NCBI GenBank assembly: GCA_019057795.1
Contig: JAHLWS010000081.1
Location: forward strand, 1-47,769
Length of the DNA stretch: 47,769 nucleotides
Direction of reading: 5' to 3'
Origin: Promethearchaeota archaeon
Lineage (GTDB): Archaea; Asgardarchaeota; Lokiarchaeia; Sigyniarchaeales; SOKP01
The position numbers and the translations under genes are program-made. A model generated the notes under the pieces. It saw only the letters and a program-made list of their open reading frames with translations. It was not told where the DNA came from and did not search any database. Positions 38,890-47,769 of this stretch are shown in pieces (within the stretch, counting starts at the first letter, position 1; each line of letters begins with the position of its first letter).

Positions 38890-39336
38890 ATGCAAGAAAG
38901 GTTTTTGAATGAGAATGGTGTTAATCCATTAAAAAATAAGAAATTTAGTAAAAAATATAAAATTTTGTTGTTAAAAAATGCAAAAGAGATTGATATAGAT
39001 ATAGTATATAAACCGTCATTTATCCATACTCTACAAATTTATTGCTTGTTATGTTATTTTGGTATAGCACCGATGTTAATATTCTTTGTATTTTCCACCA
39101 TTTATCTGTCCTCAACCCATACTATTGTGATAATCTTGCTGTTTATTATCAGCTTAATTTTTTTTATCGTCACGATGGAAAAGAGATCGATTGGCCAAAT
39201 ATGCAAATATATTGATTCAGAAATAAAGCAAATCCTATTTGAAGAGGAAACCGGTTATAAGCCTATAGTCAAGGGAAGATTTACTTTTAAATATAAGGCT
39301 TGGTTAATGTTAAACGAGAGGAAAATGGGAAATTAA
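38890..39336 (+). CDS. hypothetical two-TM membrane protein
   Basis: 148-aa ORF with two hydrophobic segments; no recognisable family. Confidence 0.5.
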   Translation: MQERFLNENGVNPLKNKKFSKKYKILLLKNAKEIDIDIVYKPSFIHTLQIYCLLCYFGIAPMLIFFVFSTIYLSSTHTIVIILLFIISLIFFIVTMEKRSIGQICKYIDSEIKQILFEEETGYKPIVKGRFTFKYKAWLMLNERKMGN

Positions 39337-39436
39337 TTATTTTGAAATTAGTAAGGACTAATTTATTTGATACGCGTGATTAATTAATTTAAAATAATAG
39401 AAAAAAGCTGTAAACACTTTCATAAAGTTAAATATT

Positions 39437-40240
39437 ATGAACTCCCTTAAAAAGGATTTATCTGAGCTAATAAAGAAAAAAGTTTATTTCTTTGATTTAG
39501 ACGGTACAATATATATAGGAGACCAATTATTCGAGGGAGTTATCGAATTAATTGATATTTTGAAAAGAAAAGGTAAAAAATTCTTTTTTCTTTCGAATAA
39601 TTCAAGTAAATCTACTTCAGATTATATTAAAAAGTTAAACGATTTAAACCTAAACGTAACCCGTGAAAATTTAATACTATCTCAACACCCGACTATAGAT
39701 TATCTAAAAAAGAAAAATTACGAAAAAATCTTTCTATTAGGTACAGAACCTCTTAAAAGAGAATTTCGCCAAGAAGGTTTTATTTTAACTGAAACCGATC
39801 CTGAAATCGTTGTTCTCGCTTTTGACCAAGAATTGACATATGAACGTTTAGTAAAAGCTTCGTACTTACTTCAAAACAACATACCTTATATTGCTACGCA
39901 TTTAGACGATAGATGCCCGACTAAAAATGGATATATTCCCGATGCTGGAGGAATAGCTGCTCTTCTATATAAAGCAACAGAAAGAATGCCAAAAGTTTTT
40001 GGAAAACCGAATAAAGAAATGCTTCTATTCAAACTCGAGGAGCTTGGGATACATCCTAAAGATGCAGCAATTTTTGGAGATAGGTTATATACAGACATAA
40101 AAATGGGAATAGAGGTCGGTGTGACAACTTGTTGCGTATTGTCTGGAGAAGCAACCTTAGAGATGATCGAAGAAAGCAAAACTTTTAAGCCAAATTTTAT
40201 AATCGAAGGAATTTGGAATTTTTTAGAAACTATAAAATAA
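39437..40240 (+). CDS. HAD-IIA (NagD-like) phosphatase
   Basis: FDLDGTIY, SNNS, GKP and GDRLYTDI motifs. Confidence 0.92.
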   Translation: MNSLKKDLSELIKKKVYFFDLDGTIYIGDQLFEGVIELIDILKRKGKKFFFLSNNSSKSTSDYIKKLNDLNLNVTRENLILSQHPTIDYLKKKNYEKIFLLGTEPLKREFRQEGFILTETDPEIVVLAFDQELTYERLVKASYLLQNNIPYIATHLDDRCPTKNGYIPDAGGIAALLYKATERMPKVFGKPNKEMLLFKLEELGIHPKDAAIFGDRLYTDIKMGIEVGVTTCCVLSGEATLEMIEESKTFKPNFIIEGIWNFLETIK

Positions 40241-40390
40241 CTGTTTACGGTTTACGGTAATATACAACCTTCTTATATCGAAAATTTTATTTCTAAAGGG
40301 AAATTAATATATCAAAAGCAGTATTCTTGAAATTTGCGGAATAAAATAAAAATAAATTTTATAATTTTAACGAAAATTTGGTACAATTAA

Positions 40391-43084
40391 ATGACAACTA
40401 CAGAAAAACCTAAGTATGTTTATGCTTTTAGCGAAGGTAGAAAAGAGTTAAAGAATCTACTTGGAGGAAAAGGAGCAAATCTCGGAGAAATGACCAAGTT
40501 AGGGTTAAATATCCCTCCTGGATTTACATTAACTACAGAGGCTTGCTTAATTTACTTCAAAAGTCCTAAAAAATTGATGGTAGAGATCGAACCTATGGTG
40601 TTAGATCACCTAAAACATCTCGAAGAGCTCACAAAGAAAAGATTCGGAGATAAAAAAAATCCTTTATTAGTAAGCGTAAGAAGCGGCGCACCCCAATCCA
40701 TGCCAGGGATGATGGATACTGTTTTAAATCTAGGGCTTACAGACGAAAGCGTGTTAGGTATGGCAGAACAAGTGGAGAAACCACGATTTGCTTACGACTC
40801 ATACCGAAGGTTTATACAAATGTTCGGCGATGTTGTCATGGGCATCGGCGACGAGAAATTTGAAAGAATTTTGGATAAATATAAACGGAAGATTTCACGA
40901 ACTGCTCAAGATACAGACTTAACTGTAGCAGATCTTCAAAATGTTATTGTAGATTATAAAGCTCTTTACGAAAAAGAAATTAGCTCACCATTTCCTCAAG
41001 ATCCTTTTAAACAATTATTTTTATCTATAGAAGCTGTTTTTAAATCTTGGAATAATAAGAGAGCTATTACTTATAGGAAGATATCAAATATCCCTAATCT
41101 TGGAACCGCAGTTAACATACAAGCTATGGTTTTTGGGAATAAAGGATCTAACTCCGGTACTGGCGTAGCTTTTACGAGAGACCCTTCTAATGGAGATAAT
41201 GTAAAATTTGGGGAATACCTAACTAACGCTCAAGGAGAAGATGTTGTTGCGGGAATTCGAACTCCAAAAAAGCTTGAAGAAATGGATAAAGAATTCCCTG
41301 AAATATACAAAGAATTGAAGAGTACAATGGTCAAGCTCGAGAAGCATTATAGAGATATGCAGGATATCGAGTTTACGATCGAAGATGGAAAGTTGTTTAT
41401 TCTACAGACTCGAAATGGTAAACGCACTCCGTCGGCAGCAGTTAAAATCGCTGTAGATATGGTTAGAGAAGGTTTAATAAATAAAGAAGAAGCAATAATG
41501 AGCATTGATCCAGATAAAATATCTAAGCTTTTATTTAAAAGTATAGACGAGGGGGCAATCGTACATGTTTTAGCAAAAGGTATTAACGCTTCACCGGGCG
41601 CAGTTTCGGGAATTGCGATATTTGACTCAGATAGGGCCGAAGAATTAGCTAATTCTGGAGAAGAAGAGATAATATTAGTTCGACCTCAAACTAAGCCTGA
41701 GGATGTTCATGGATTATACGCCTCTAGCGGTGTATTGACTCAGTTTGGGGGAAAAACCTCTCACGCAGCTGTCGTTGCGAGAGGAATGGGTAAACCAGCC
41801 ATTGTTGGCGCTCAAGATATCGAGATCGACGAGGAGAATAGAGAGTTTACAATAGCTGGAACTGTAATTAAAGAAGGAGATTACATAACGATTGATGGCA
41901 CGACAGGACGCGTCATAGAAGGAAAAGTTCCTTTGGTTCAACCCGAAATTAAAGGAGAATTTTTAGAATTACTTGAAATAGCAGACGAAATTAGGACTTT
42001 AGGCGTACGAGCAAACGCAGATACCCCAGTAGATTCTAGAAAAGCCATAGAATTCGGTGCTGAGGGTATTGGGTTGTGTAGAACAGAGCACATGTTCATG
42101 GCACAAGAGAGGTTACCCGTTGTACAAAAAATGATAATGTCACAAACAAAAGAAGACCGTCAAGACGCCCTAGATAAGATTTTACCAATGCAAAAAGGAG
42201 ATTTCTTAGAGATTTTTGAAATAATGGAGGGAAAACCAGTGACCATTAGATTATTAGATCCTCCACTGCATGAGTTCTTGCCTGAATTATCCACAGTATT
42301 ACTAGAGCGTCAAGAACTACAAATGACGAATTCTTTGTCAAAATCCCTATTAGATATTAGCCCACTTGACGAGGAACTCAAAAGGAAGAATAAAGTCATC
42401 AGATTGATTAGATCTCTTTCTGAGGAGAATCCGATGATGGGATTAAGGGGTTGCCGACTTGGGATTGTTTGGCCTGAGATAAACGAGATGCAAGTAAGGG
42501 CTATATTTCAAGCGGCTTGCGAACTTAAATTACAAGGAGTTAATGTTTTACCTGAAGTAATGATTCCTCTTATTGGTATGATTTCAGAACTACAATTTGT
42601 CAAAGCTCAATTGCTTGAAATAGCAGAAGAAACTATTAAAGATTACGGCGTAGAGTTAGATTACAAATTTGGTACAATGATCGAAATCCCGAGAGCCGCT
42701 TTAACTGCCGACGAAATTGCTATGGAGGCCGAGTTTTTCTCGTTTGGTACTAACGATTTAACTCAAATGACCTTTGGATTTAGTCGAGACGACGCTGAAG
42801 GAAAGTTCATTCCAGTATATCTAAGTAAAGAAATTTTAGAACGAAATCCTTTTGAAATCTTAGATCAAGACGGCGTAGGCAAATTAATGAAAATAGCTAT
42901 TGAGTTAGGCAGAAAAACTAGACCGGACTTAAAGCTTGGAATTTGTGGTGAACATGGAGGCGAACCGAGCGCGATTAAATTTGCTCATTCAATAGGTTTG
43001 GATTATGTATCATGTTCTCCATTTAGACTTCCAATCGCAAGAATTGCCGCTGCTCAGGCAGAGATTGAACAAAGAAAAAAATAA
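40391..43084 (+). CDS. ppdK: pyruvate, phosphate dikinase
   Basis: LLGGKGANL, SMPGMMDT, phospho-His in TSHAAVVARG, GIGLCRTEHMF, FSFGTNDLTQ and GICGEHGG motifs. Confidence 0.97.
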   Translation: MTTTEKPKYVYAFSEGRKELKNLLGGKGANLGEMTKLGLNIPPGFTLTTEACLIYFKSPKKLMVEIEPMVLDHLKHLEELTKKRFGDKKNPLLVSVRSGAPQSMPGMMDTVLNLGLTDESVLGMAEQVEKPRFAYDSYRRFIQMFGDVVMGIGDEKFERILDKYKRKISRTAQDTDLTVADLQNVIVDYKALYEKEISSPFPQDPFKQLFLSIEAVFKSWNNKRAITYRKISNIPNLGTAVNIQAMVFGNKGSNSGTGVAFTRDPSNGDNVKFGEYLTNAQGEDVVAGIRTPKKLEEMDKEFPEIYKELKSTMVKLEKHYRDMQDIEFTIEDGKLFILQTRNGKRTPSAAVKIAVDMVREGLINKEEAIMSIDPDKISKLLFKSIDEGAIVHVLAKGINASPGAVSGIAIFDSDRAEELANSGEEEIILVRPQTKPEDVHGLYASSGVLTQFGGKTSHAAVVARGMGKPAIVGAQDIEIDEENREFTIAGTVIKEGDYITIDGTTGRVIEGKVPLVQPEIKGEFLELLEIADEIRTLGVRANADTPVDSRKAIEFGAEGIGLCRTEHMFMAQERLPVVQKMIMSQTKEDRQDALDKILPMQKGDFLEIFEIMEGKPVTIRLLDPPLHEFLPELSTVLLERQELQMTNSLSKSLLDISPLDEELKRKNKVIRLIRSLSEENPMMGLRGCRLGIVWPEINEMQVRAIFQAACELKLQGVNVLPEVMIPLIGMISELQFVKAQLLEIAEETIKDYGVELDYKFGTMIEIPRAALTADEIAMEAEFFSFGTNDLTQMTFGFSRDDAEGKFIPVYLSKEILERNPFEILDQDGVGKLMKIAIELGRKTRPDLKLGICGEHGGEPSAIKFAHSIGLDYVSCSPFRLPIARIAAAQAEIEQRKK

Positions 43085-43242
43085 ACAATTTTCTACTATT
43101 AGATTACATTTCTTTTTTAATTATTTCTATTTTCAATTTCTTTTAAAATTAAACTGGTAACATAATTTTAAGCAAATGTTCCATAAAAAATATATCTTAA
43201 TAATTGATTTAATAATATACAATACAAATTGTAGATGTGAAA

Positions 43243-44349
43243 ATGACCTTAACTATAGATGAGAGAATTTCGTTATTAAAAGAAGTAGGAGAAGAAATAA
43301 TAAATATAGACGAATTAAGACAATTAATTCAATGGAAACATGATAATAACGAAAAGATTTACGCATACGATGGGTTTGAACCATCAGGCAATATTCACAT
43401 AGCCCAGGGTCTTCTAAGGGCGATTAATGTAAATAAGATAACTAAAGCGGGTGTTAGATTTAAGTTTCTAATTGCAGATTGGCACGCAGCTGCGAACCAT
43501 AAATTTGGTGGAGATTTAGATGTAATTAAGAAAGTTGGCGATTATTTCATAGAAGTTTGGAAAGTCTGCAACATGGACCTAAGTAAAGTAGAATTTATTT
43601 ATGCTTCAGAAATAGTGAAAGATCCTGCTTATTGGGAATTAGTATTAAAGATAGCAATCAACAGTTCTTTAAATAGAGTAAAAAGATGTACCCAAATCAT
43701 GGGAAGAGAAGATATCGATACATTAACAGCTTCTCAAATAATGTATCCTTTAATGCAGGCAGCAGATATTTTTTATCTTCCCGGGGATATTTGTCAATTG
43801 GGATTAGATCAACGTAAAGTAAATATGTTAGCAAGGGAGGTTGCACCAAAGATAAATAAACCAAAACCAATTTCACTTAGCCATCATATGTTAATGGGAT
43901 TAGGAAAGCCACCCGATACGAATTTGACGGGAATTGATAGAGCTGTAAAACTCAAAATGTCAAAATCAGATCCAGACTCAGCAATTTTTATGTTAGATAA
44001 TCCCACAGATGTGAAACGCAAAATAAATAAAGCGTATTGCCCCCCAAAAGAAACGATTGAAAACCCTATACTAGAATATTGTAAATATATAATATTTGAG
44101 CTCATAGATACGTTTGAAATAGAAAGACCCGGTAAGTATGGAGGAGATATAGAATACAAAAACTACGAAGAGATGGCAAATGATTACGCTCAAGGTAAAC
44201 TAAATCCCCCCGATTTAAAACCAGCAGTGATAAAATATCTAAATCAACTACTGCTACCTATAAGGGAACATTTTGAGAAAAACGAAAAAGCTAGAGAACT
44301 TTATACATTTGTAGAAAGATTATATTTGAAGAAAAATACGAAAAAATAA
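43243..44349 (+). CDS. tyrS: tyrosyl-tRNA synthetase (archaeal/eukaryotic type)
   Basis: YDGFEPSG.IHIAQG, YPLMQAAD, GLDQRK and KMSKS motifs. Confidence 0.95.
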   Translation: MTLTIDERISLLKEVGEEIINIDELRQLIQWKHDNNEKIYAYDGFEPSGNIHIAQGLLRAINVNKITKAGVRFKFLIADWHAAANHKFGGDLDVIKKVGDYFIEVWKVCNMDLSKVEFIYASEIVKDPAYWELVLKIAINSSLNRVKRCTQIMGREDIDTLTASQIMYPLMQAADIFYLPGDICQLGLDQRKVNMLAREVAPKINKPKPISLSHHMLMGLGKPPDTNLTGIDRAVKLKMSKSDPDSAIFMLDNPTDVKRKINKAYCPPKETIENPILEYCKYIIFELIDTFEIERPGKYGGDIEYKNYEEMANDYAQGKLNPPDLKPAVIKYLNQLLLPIREHFEKNEKARELYTFVERLYLKKNTKK

Positions 44350-44350
44350 C

Positions 44351-44977
44351 ATGATTAAGCTATTGGCTATTGGCGATTCTCACTTACCTCGTAGGGCTAA
44401 AAGCGTTCCAGATCAAATTATCAAAAAGTTAGAGCAATTAGTTGAACTTGAAAAATTTGATTACACTTTTTTTACTGGCGATGTTGTAAATGCTCCGAAA
44501 TTCATGAATTTTTTAAACTTAATTACAAAGAGAAATTTATTTGTTGTAATAGGGAATATGGATTATTATGGTGGGAATCGAGATGCTCCAATCTATCGAA
44601 GTTTAAATATATCTATGGCAAACAATGATAATTTAATTGTTGGGTTAACTCATGGCCATCAAGTATCTCCTAGGGGAGATCGTTCTCAACTTGAGTTGAT
44701 TGCAATCGAAAAAAGTTTTAACATTTTAATATCTGGACACACGCATAAAGAAGAGAATTTTCTTCAGAAAGATATCTTACTGTTAAATCCCGGTAGCGTT
44801 ACTGGAGCGTGGTCTTTTGTAGCAAGCGGTAATCCTTCGTTTATTACTTTAAGTGTAATTGAAAAAACGGGGGAGATTAATGTGGTTTCATATCAGTACG
44901 ATATAAGAGCTGCGAAACTTAAGGATTTAAAATCCTATTATGTTTTTGAAAACAACAAAATTCGACATAAATTTTAA
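44351..44977 (+). CDS. Vps29-like metallophosphoesterase (YfcE/MJ0936 family)
   Basis: GDSHLP.R, TGD, GNMD, HGHQV.P.GD, ILISGHTHK, NPGSVTGA and PSF motifs. Confidence 0.88.
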   Translation: MIKLLAIGDSHLPRRAKSVPDQIIKKLEQLVELEKFDYTFFTGDVVNAPKFMNFLNLITKRNLFVVIGNMDYYGGNRDAPIYRSLNISMANNDNLIVGLTHGHQVSPRGDRSQLELIAIEKSFNILISGHTHKEENFLQKDILLLNPGSVTGAWSFVASGNPSFITLSVIEKTGEINVVSYQYDIRAAKLKDLKSYYVFENNKIRHKF

Positions 44978-45533
44978 GATTAAAAGAAATTAGGGGGCCT
45001 TTTACAAATAAATGATAAATTATTAATTTTATTTATACAATTAATTCTTCAAAAATCTTTCCTTCCTCTTTATAACAGCTAATATCTGAGCTTTTATAGA
45101 TAATTTTTTAATTATATTGATTTAGTCGGTTTAAAGCTTCGGTTTTGAATAGTCTTTGTGATTTTAAAATTACTTGACGTTCTCTTAAGGCATAAAATAG
45201 ATTAGAAATTGAAGTGATTTTGTTTAGATGGAAAAATATAGGTTTAGTATATACCAAAAAATTAATCTTAAGTAAAATATAGGAGTTACGGGAAATTTAA
45301 TAATAGGAAATGATAAAAAATTAAAGTAATTTATTATTCCATTTCTATTTTACATTTACTTTTATTATCGATTTAACTGATTAAAGAGAAGAAATAAGCG
45401 ATCAGAAAAAAAGGGGTTAATTATTGATTTTTCATTCATTTCATTTGAAAAATTAACCAATAATACAATAAAATAATATTATTTGTTTCATTGAATTAAT
45501 TATCAAAAAAACAACAAACAAATGTGCATTTAA

Positions 45534-46343
45534 TTGACAATTATTCAAGCATCGATATGCGCTAGTAATAAAGCCATAATTTTGATTGGAGATAGATTAG
45601 TAACAGTATCCGAAATATATGAAGCGGAAGCAAAATCGCAAAAATTGTATGCTTTTGGTTTTTTTGGCATTGGATTTGCGGGGACATTATCCGACATCAT
45701 AAGCGTGAAAGATACCATTCCAGAGAACCCCCCAACATTTCCCAATTTTATCGAATCTATTAGTAAAATATACAATCAAGAAAATGAAACGCGCGAAGAT
45801 AGTTTTTTCAAAAGGCATTCATTGTTAGACAAGCAAGAATTCAAGGAATATGTGCAACACGACGAGGGAAAGATTCCAGAGGATTTAATTGAATGGATAT
45901 ACGCAAATTTACAAGAAATCCGTTTGGAATGCATCGCAGTGGCCGTTGGATTTAATGAAAAGAAAGAACCCCAAATCGTATTTATTAATCAATTTGGTGA
46001 TCAATTCAATCAAACCGAAAGCAATCATTGCGCCATTGGTTCAGGAGAGACATTTTCAGATGTATTTTTTGATGTAAACGAGTATGATCCATGTTGTACA
46101 TTAGACCAAGGGTTATTTTTTGCGTTCAGGGCGAAAAAATCAGCAGAGGCTCATATTGGAGTTGGTCAGAACACGGATATTTTAATAATTGAATTAAATA
46201 AAGACCCCGTTTTCATTTTAAACGAATCCGCAGAAATGCGTAAATTGGAAGAAATTTATAATAACGAAAGAGTTAATATTTACGATTTATATAATGATAG
46301 TGCACAGAAAGTAAAGGGGATAATTGATGAAATACGACAGTAA
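45534..46343 (+). CDS. divergent proteasome-beta-like Ntn hydrolase
   Basis: N-terminal (M)T, IGDR, downstream Lys, GFAG, AIGSG and GVG motifs; TTG start. Confidence 0.7.
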   Translation: MTIIQASICASNKAIILIGDRLVTVSEIYEAEAKSQKLYAFGFFGIGFAGTLSDIISVKDTIPENPPTFPNFIESISKIYNQENETREDSFFKRHSLLDKQEFKEYVQHDEGKIPEDLIEWIYANLQEIRLECIAVAVGFNEKKEPQIVFINQFGDQFNQTESNHCAIGSGETFSDVFFDVNEYDPCCTLDQGLFFAFRAKKSAEAHIGVGQNTDILIIELNKDPVFILNESAEMRKLEEIYNNERVNIYDLYNDSAQKVKGIIDEIRQ

Positions 46344-46476
46344 TAAAAAATTAGACCAGTCATTTAAACCCATTGCGAAAAAATTATCGCAGAAGTGGGA
46401 GATTAAAAAGAAATATTTGAAGAAAAAGGAAAAACCCATTACCAAGCCAAAATATAAGCCCCACGAAGAGGAGTAA
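46327..46476 (+). CDS. putative small basic protein (49 aa)
   Basis: MKYDSNKKLDQSFKPIAKKLSQKWEIKKKYLKKKEKPITKPKYKPHEEE*; overlaps the upstream stop; GGGGA before the ATG. Confidence 0.35.
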   Translation: MKYDSNKKLDQSFKPIAKKLSQKWEIKKKYLKKKEKPITKPKYKPHEEE

Positions 46477-46648
46477 TAAGGTTATTATAATTAGTTCAAA
46501 TTACCAGAGCTGATATCACTAGTTATCAGAAGCATTGAGGGATTTCCAGGGGCGTATCATCATAGTACCATTAGGTCGGAAAAAAATTACAAGGTATTAC
46601 TTAACTTACGAAATTAGATAAAAAAATAAAAATTTGTAGTAATTTTTC

Positions 46649-47074
46649 TTATTTTGGCGTTTTAATCTTGTCTAACACGAGGACTTTCGGTAGTTTTAAC
46701 AATATACCAAAATTTCTTTTTCCGTCACTACTTTTATCATATCTTAACTTTTTAAATCCGTATTTATTCTTTTTCATCATCATGTGGAGAGTTGAGTTTT
46801 CGCCGCTAGAAAAACCCATCAAATCTTCTGGAGTTGACATTATCTCTAAATCGTACTCTTCCAATTTACCTTTTCCAAGTGTGTATTTTCCATTCTCTGC
46901 TATAAGGTTAACCCATAAGTAAAAGTCTTCTTCAGTTTGAAGTCCCATATTTAACCTTGCCTGAAAGTTATCAAGTGTTTTTGCGTTTTTTGGATTTCTG
47001 CGTTTATCTAGGATTATACTTTCGATAACGCCCTTAAAAGTAACAAATAAGTTTTCTTTCTCGTATTCTTCCAT
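46649..47074 (-). CDS. SCP2-like fold hypothetical protein
   Basis: G.Y.LGKGKLE.YDLEI..TPEDL...SGE pattern resembles the SCP2 fold. Confidence 0.55.
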   Translation of the reverse strand: MEEYEKENLFVTFKGVIESIILDKRRNPKNAKTLDNFQARLNMGLQTEEDFYLWVNLIAENGKYTLGKGKLEEYDLEIMSTPEDLMGFSSGENSTLHMMMKKNKYGFKKLRYDKSSDGKRNFGILLKLPKVLVLDKIKTPK

Positions 47075-47268
47075 AACTCTTTACCATTGATCATTTTTTT
47101 AAGAAATATTATTAAAATAAACTCTATTACAATTAATTAATATTTTATGGAATGTGATTAATTTTAATTTCCCTTCATTTATAAATACCTTAAAATACCC
47201 CTAATTTATCTGTAAATTTACGCACTCTCGTTTTATATTAGTATAAATGTCTATTGAAACATATAGGA

Positions 47269-47769
47269 ATGAGACTGACCGAACAAATCTAGATAATAAA
47301 GACGGTAAGCCTCTCGTGCTTATGCCATTTATCAAAAAACATCTATAATGTGGCAAATTATTATGTTAGGCAAGAATTTTTTTATTTAGAAAACTGGCTA
47401 AGATACTATGATTTATGGTATATGTTAAAAGATAAAAAGGCGTATCAGAAACTTCCCTCACAAACAGCCCAACAGATATTAAGATTAGTTGATAAGAATT
47501 GGAAATCTTTTTTTAATTCCTTTAAAAAATGGAGGGCACAACCAATAAAGTATCAAGGACGCCCTAAACCTCCAAAATATAAGAAGAAGAACGGAGAGTT
47601 CGTGCTTATTTTCACTAATCAACAATGCCGTATCAAGGAAGGTTATTTGTATTTTCCTGAAAAAGTGGCCATATGTCCTATAAAAACGCGTATTGAAAGC
47701 CAATTACATCAAGTAAGGCTCGTTCCTAAGGGATTTTATTACATTGTAGAGATTGTATACGAGAAAGAA
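47269..47769 (+). mobile_element. tnpB: second TnpB (3'-truncated by the window) with an in-frame TAG at codon 8
   Basis: MRLTEQI*..LCHLSKNIYNVANYYVRQEFFYLENWLRY..QTAQQIL..DKNWKSFF..GRPKPPKYKK; clearly homologous to 33993-35270; absent from the supplied ORF track. Confidence 0.88.

Noticed and set aside
43176-43262. Short ORF upstream of and overlapping tyrS as a Tyr leader
   Set aside because: Only three scattered Tyr, no hairpin, and it probably overlaps the promoter
44978-45533. RNA gene in long AT-rich spacers (also 38561-38889 and 46480-46640)
   Set aside because: No tRNA cloverleaf, rRNA similarity or convincing GC-rich stems seen
380-46922. Many short ORFs in the track antisense or out-of-frame to clear genes (e.g. 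380-595, 1984-2211, 26879-27289, 36132-36467, 38206-38520, 45545-45775, 46668-46922)
   Set aside because: Shadow frames of well-supported genes, with no recognisable motifs
47290-47292. TAG recoding as a genetic-code change
   Set aside because: Several intact genes here terminate at TAG (e.g. sat, coaD, 37112-38560)
47485-47703. 72-aa minus-strand ORF
   Set aside because: Antisense to the second tnpB

Overview
AT-rich archaeal chromosomal window, most consistent with an Asgard archaeon (Lokiarchaeia-like). This assignment is an inference from the archaeal PheRS/TyrRS/PPAT, DUF1512, a Vps29-like protein and two SCP2-fold genes. The left half (about 0.4-26 kb) is a surface-glycan locus. It holds a sulfate-activation operon (RHH regulator, sat, alkaline-phosphatase-superfamily enzyme, cysC), many glycosyl- and methyltransferases, nucleotide-sugar enzymes, an ABC-2 exporter, several gene relics, and an inositol module (two tandem inositol-1-phosphate synthases plus a cytidylyltransferase facing a TagB/TagF-family polyol-phosphate transferase). 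The right half is mostly housekeeping: bacterial-type rph, pheA-pheT-pheS, coaD, DUF1512, SCP2, NagD, ppdK, tyrS and Vps29-like. It also has two solo TnpB elements, a CBS-membrane plus RGG/zinc-ribbon membrane gene pair, and a divergent proteasome-beta-like Ntn hydrolase. Most notable observations: (1) a 29-codon Phe-rich leader ORF with overlapping hairpins upstream of pheS-pheT-pheA, resembling an attenuator; (2) a possible CDP-inositol-fed, teichoic-acid-like glycan modification pathway; (3) a membrane protein resembling eukaryotic APD1-4 E3 ligases but with an RGG tail; (4) repeated ATA/ATT start codons. All family calls come from motif recognition by eye; no database searches were run.
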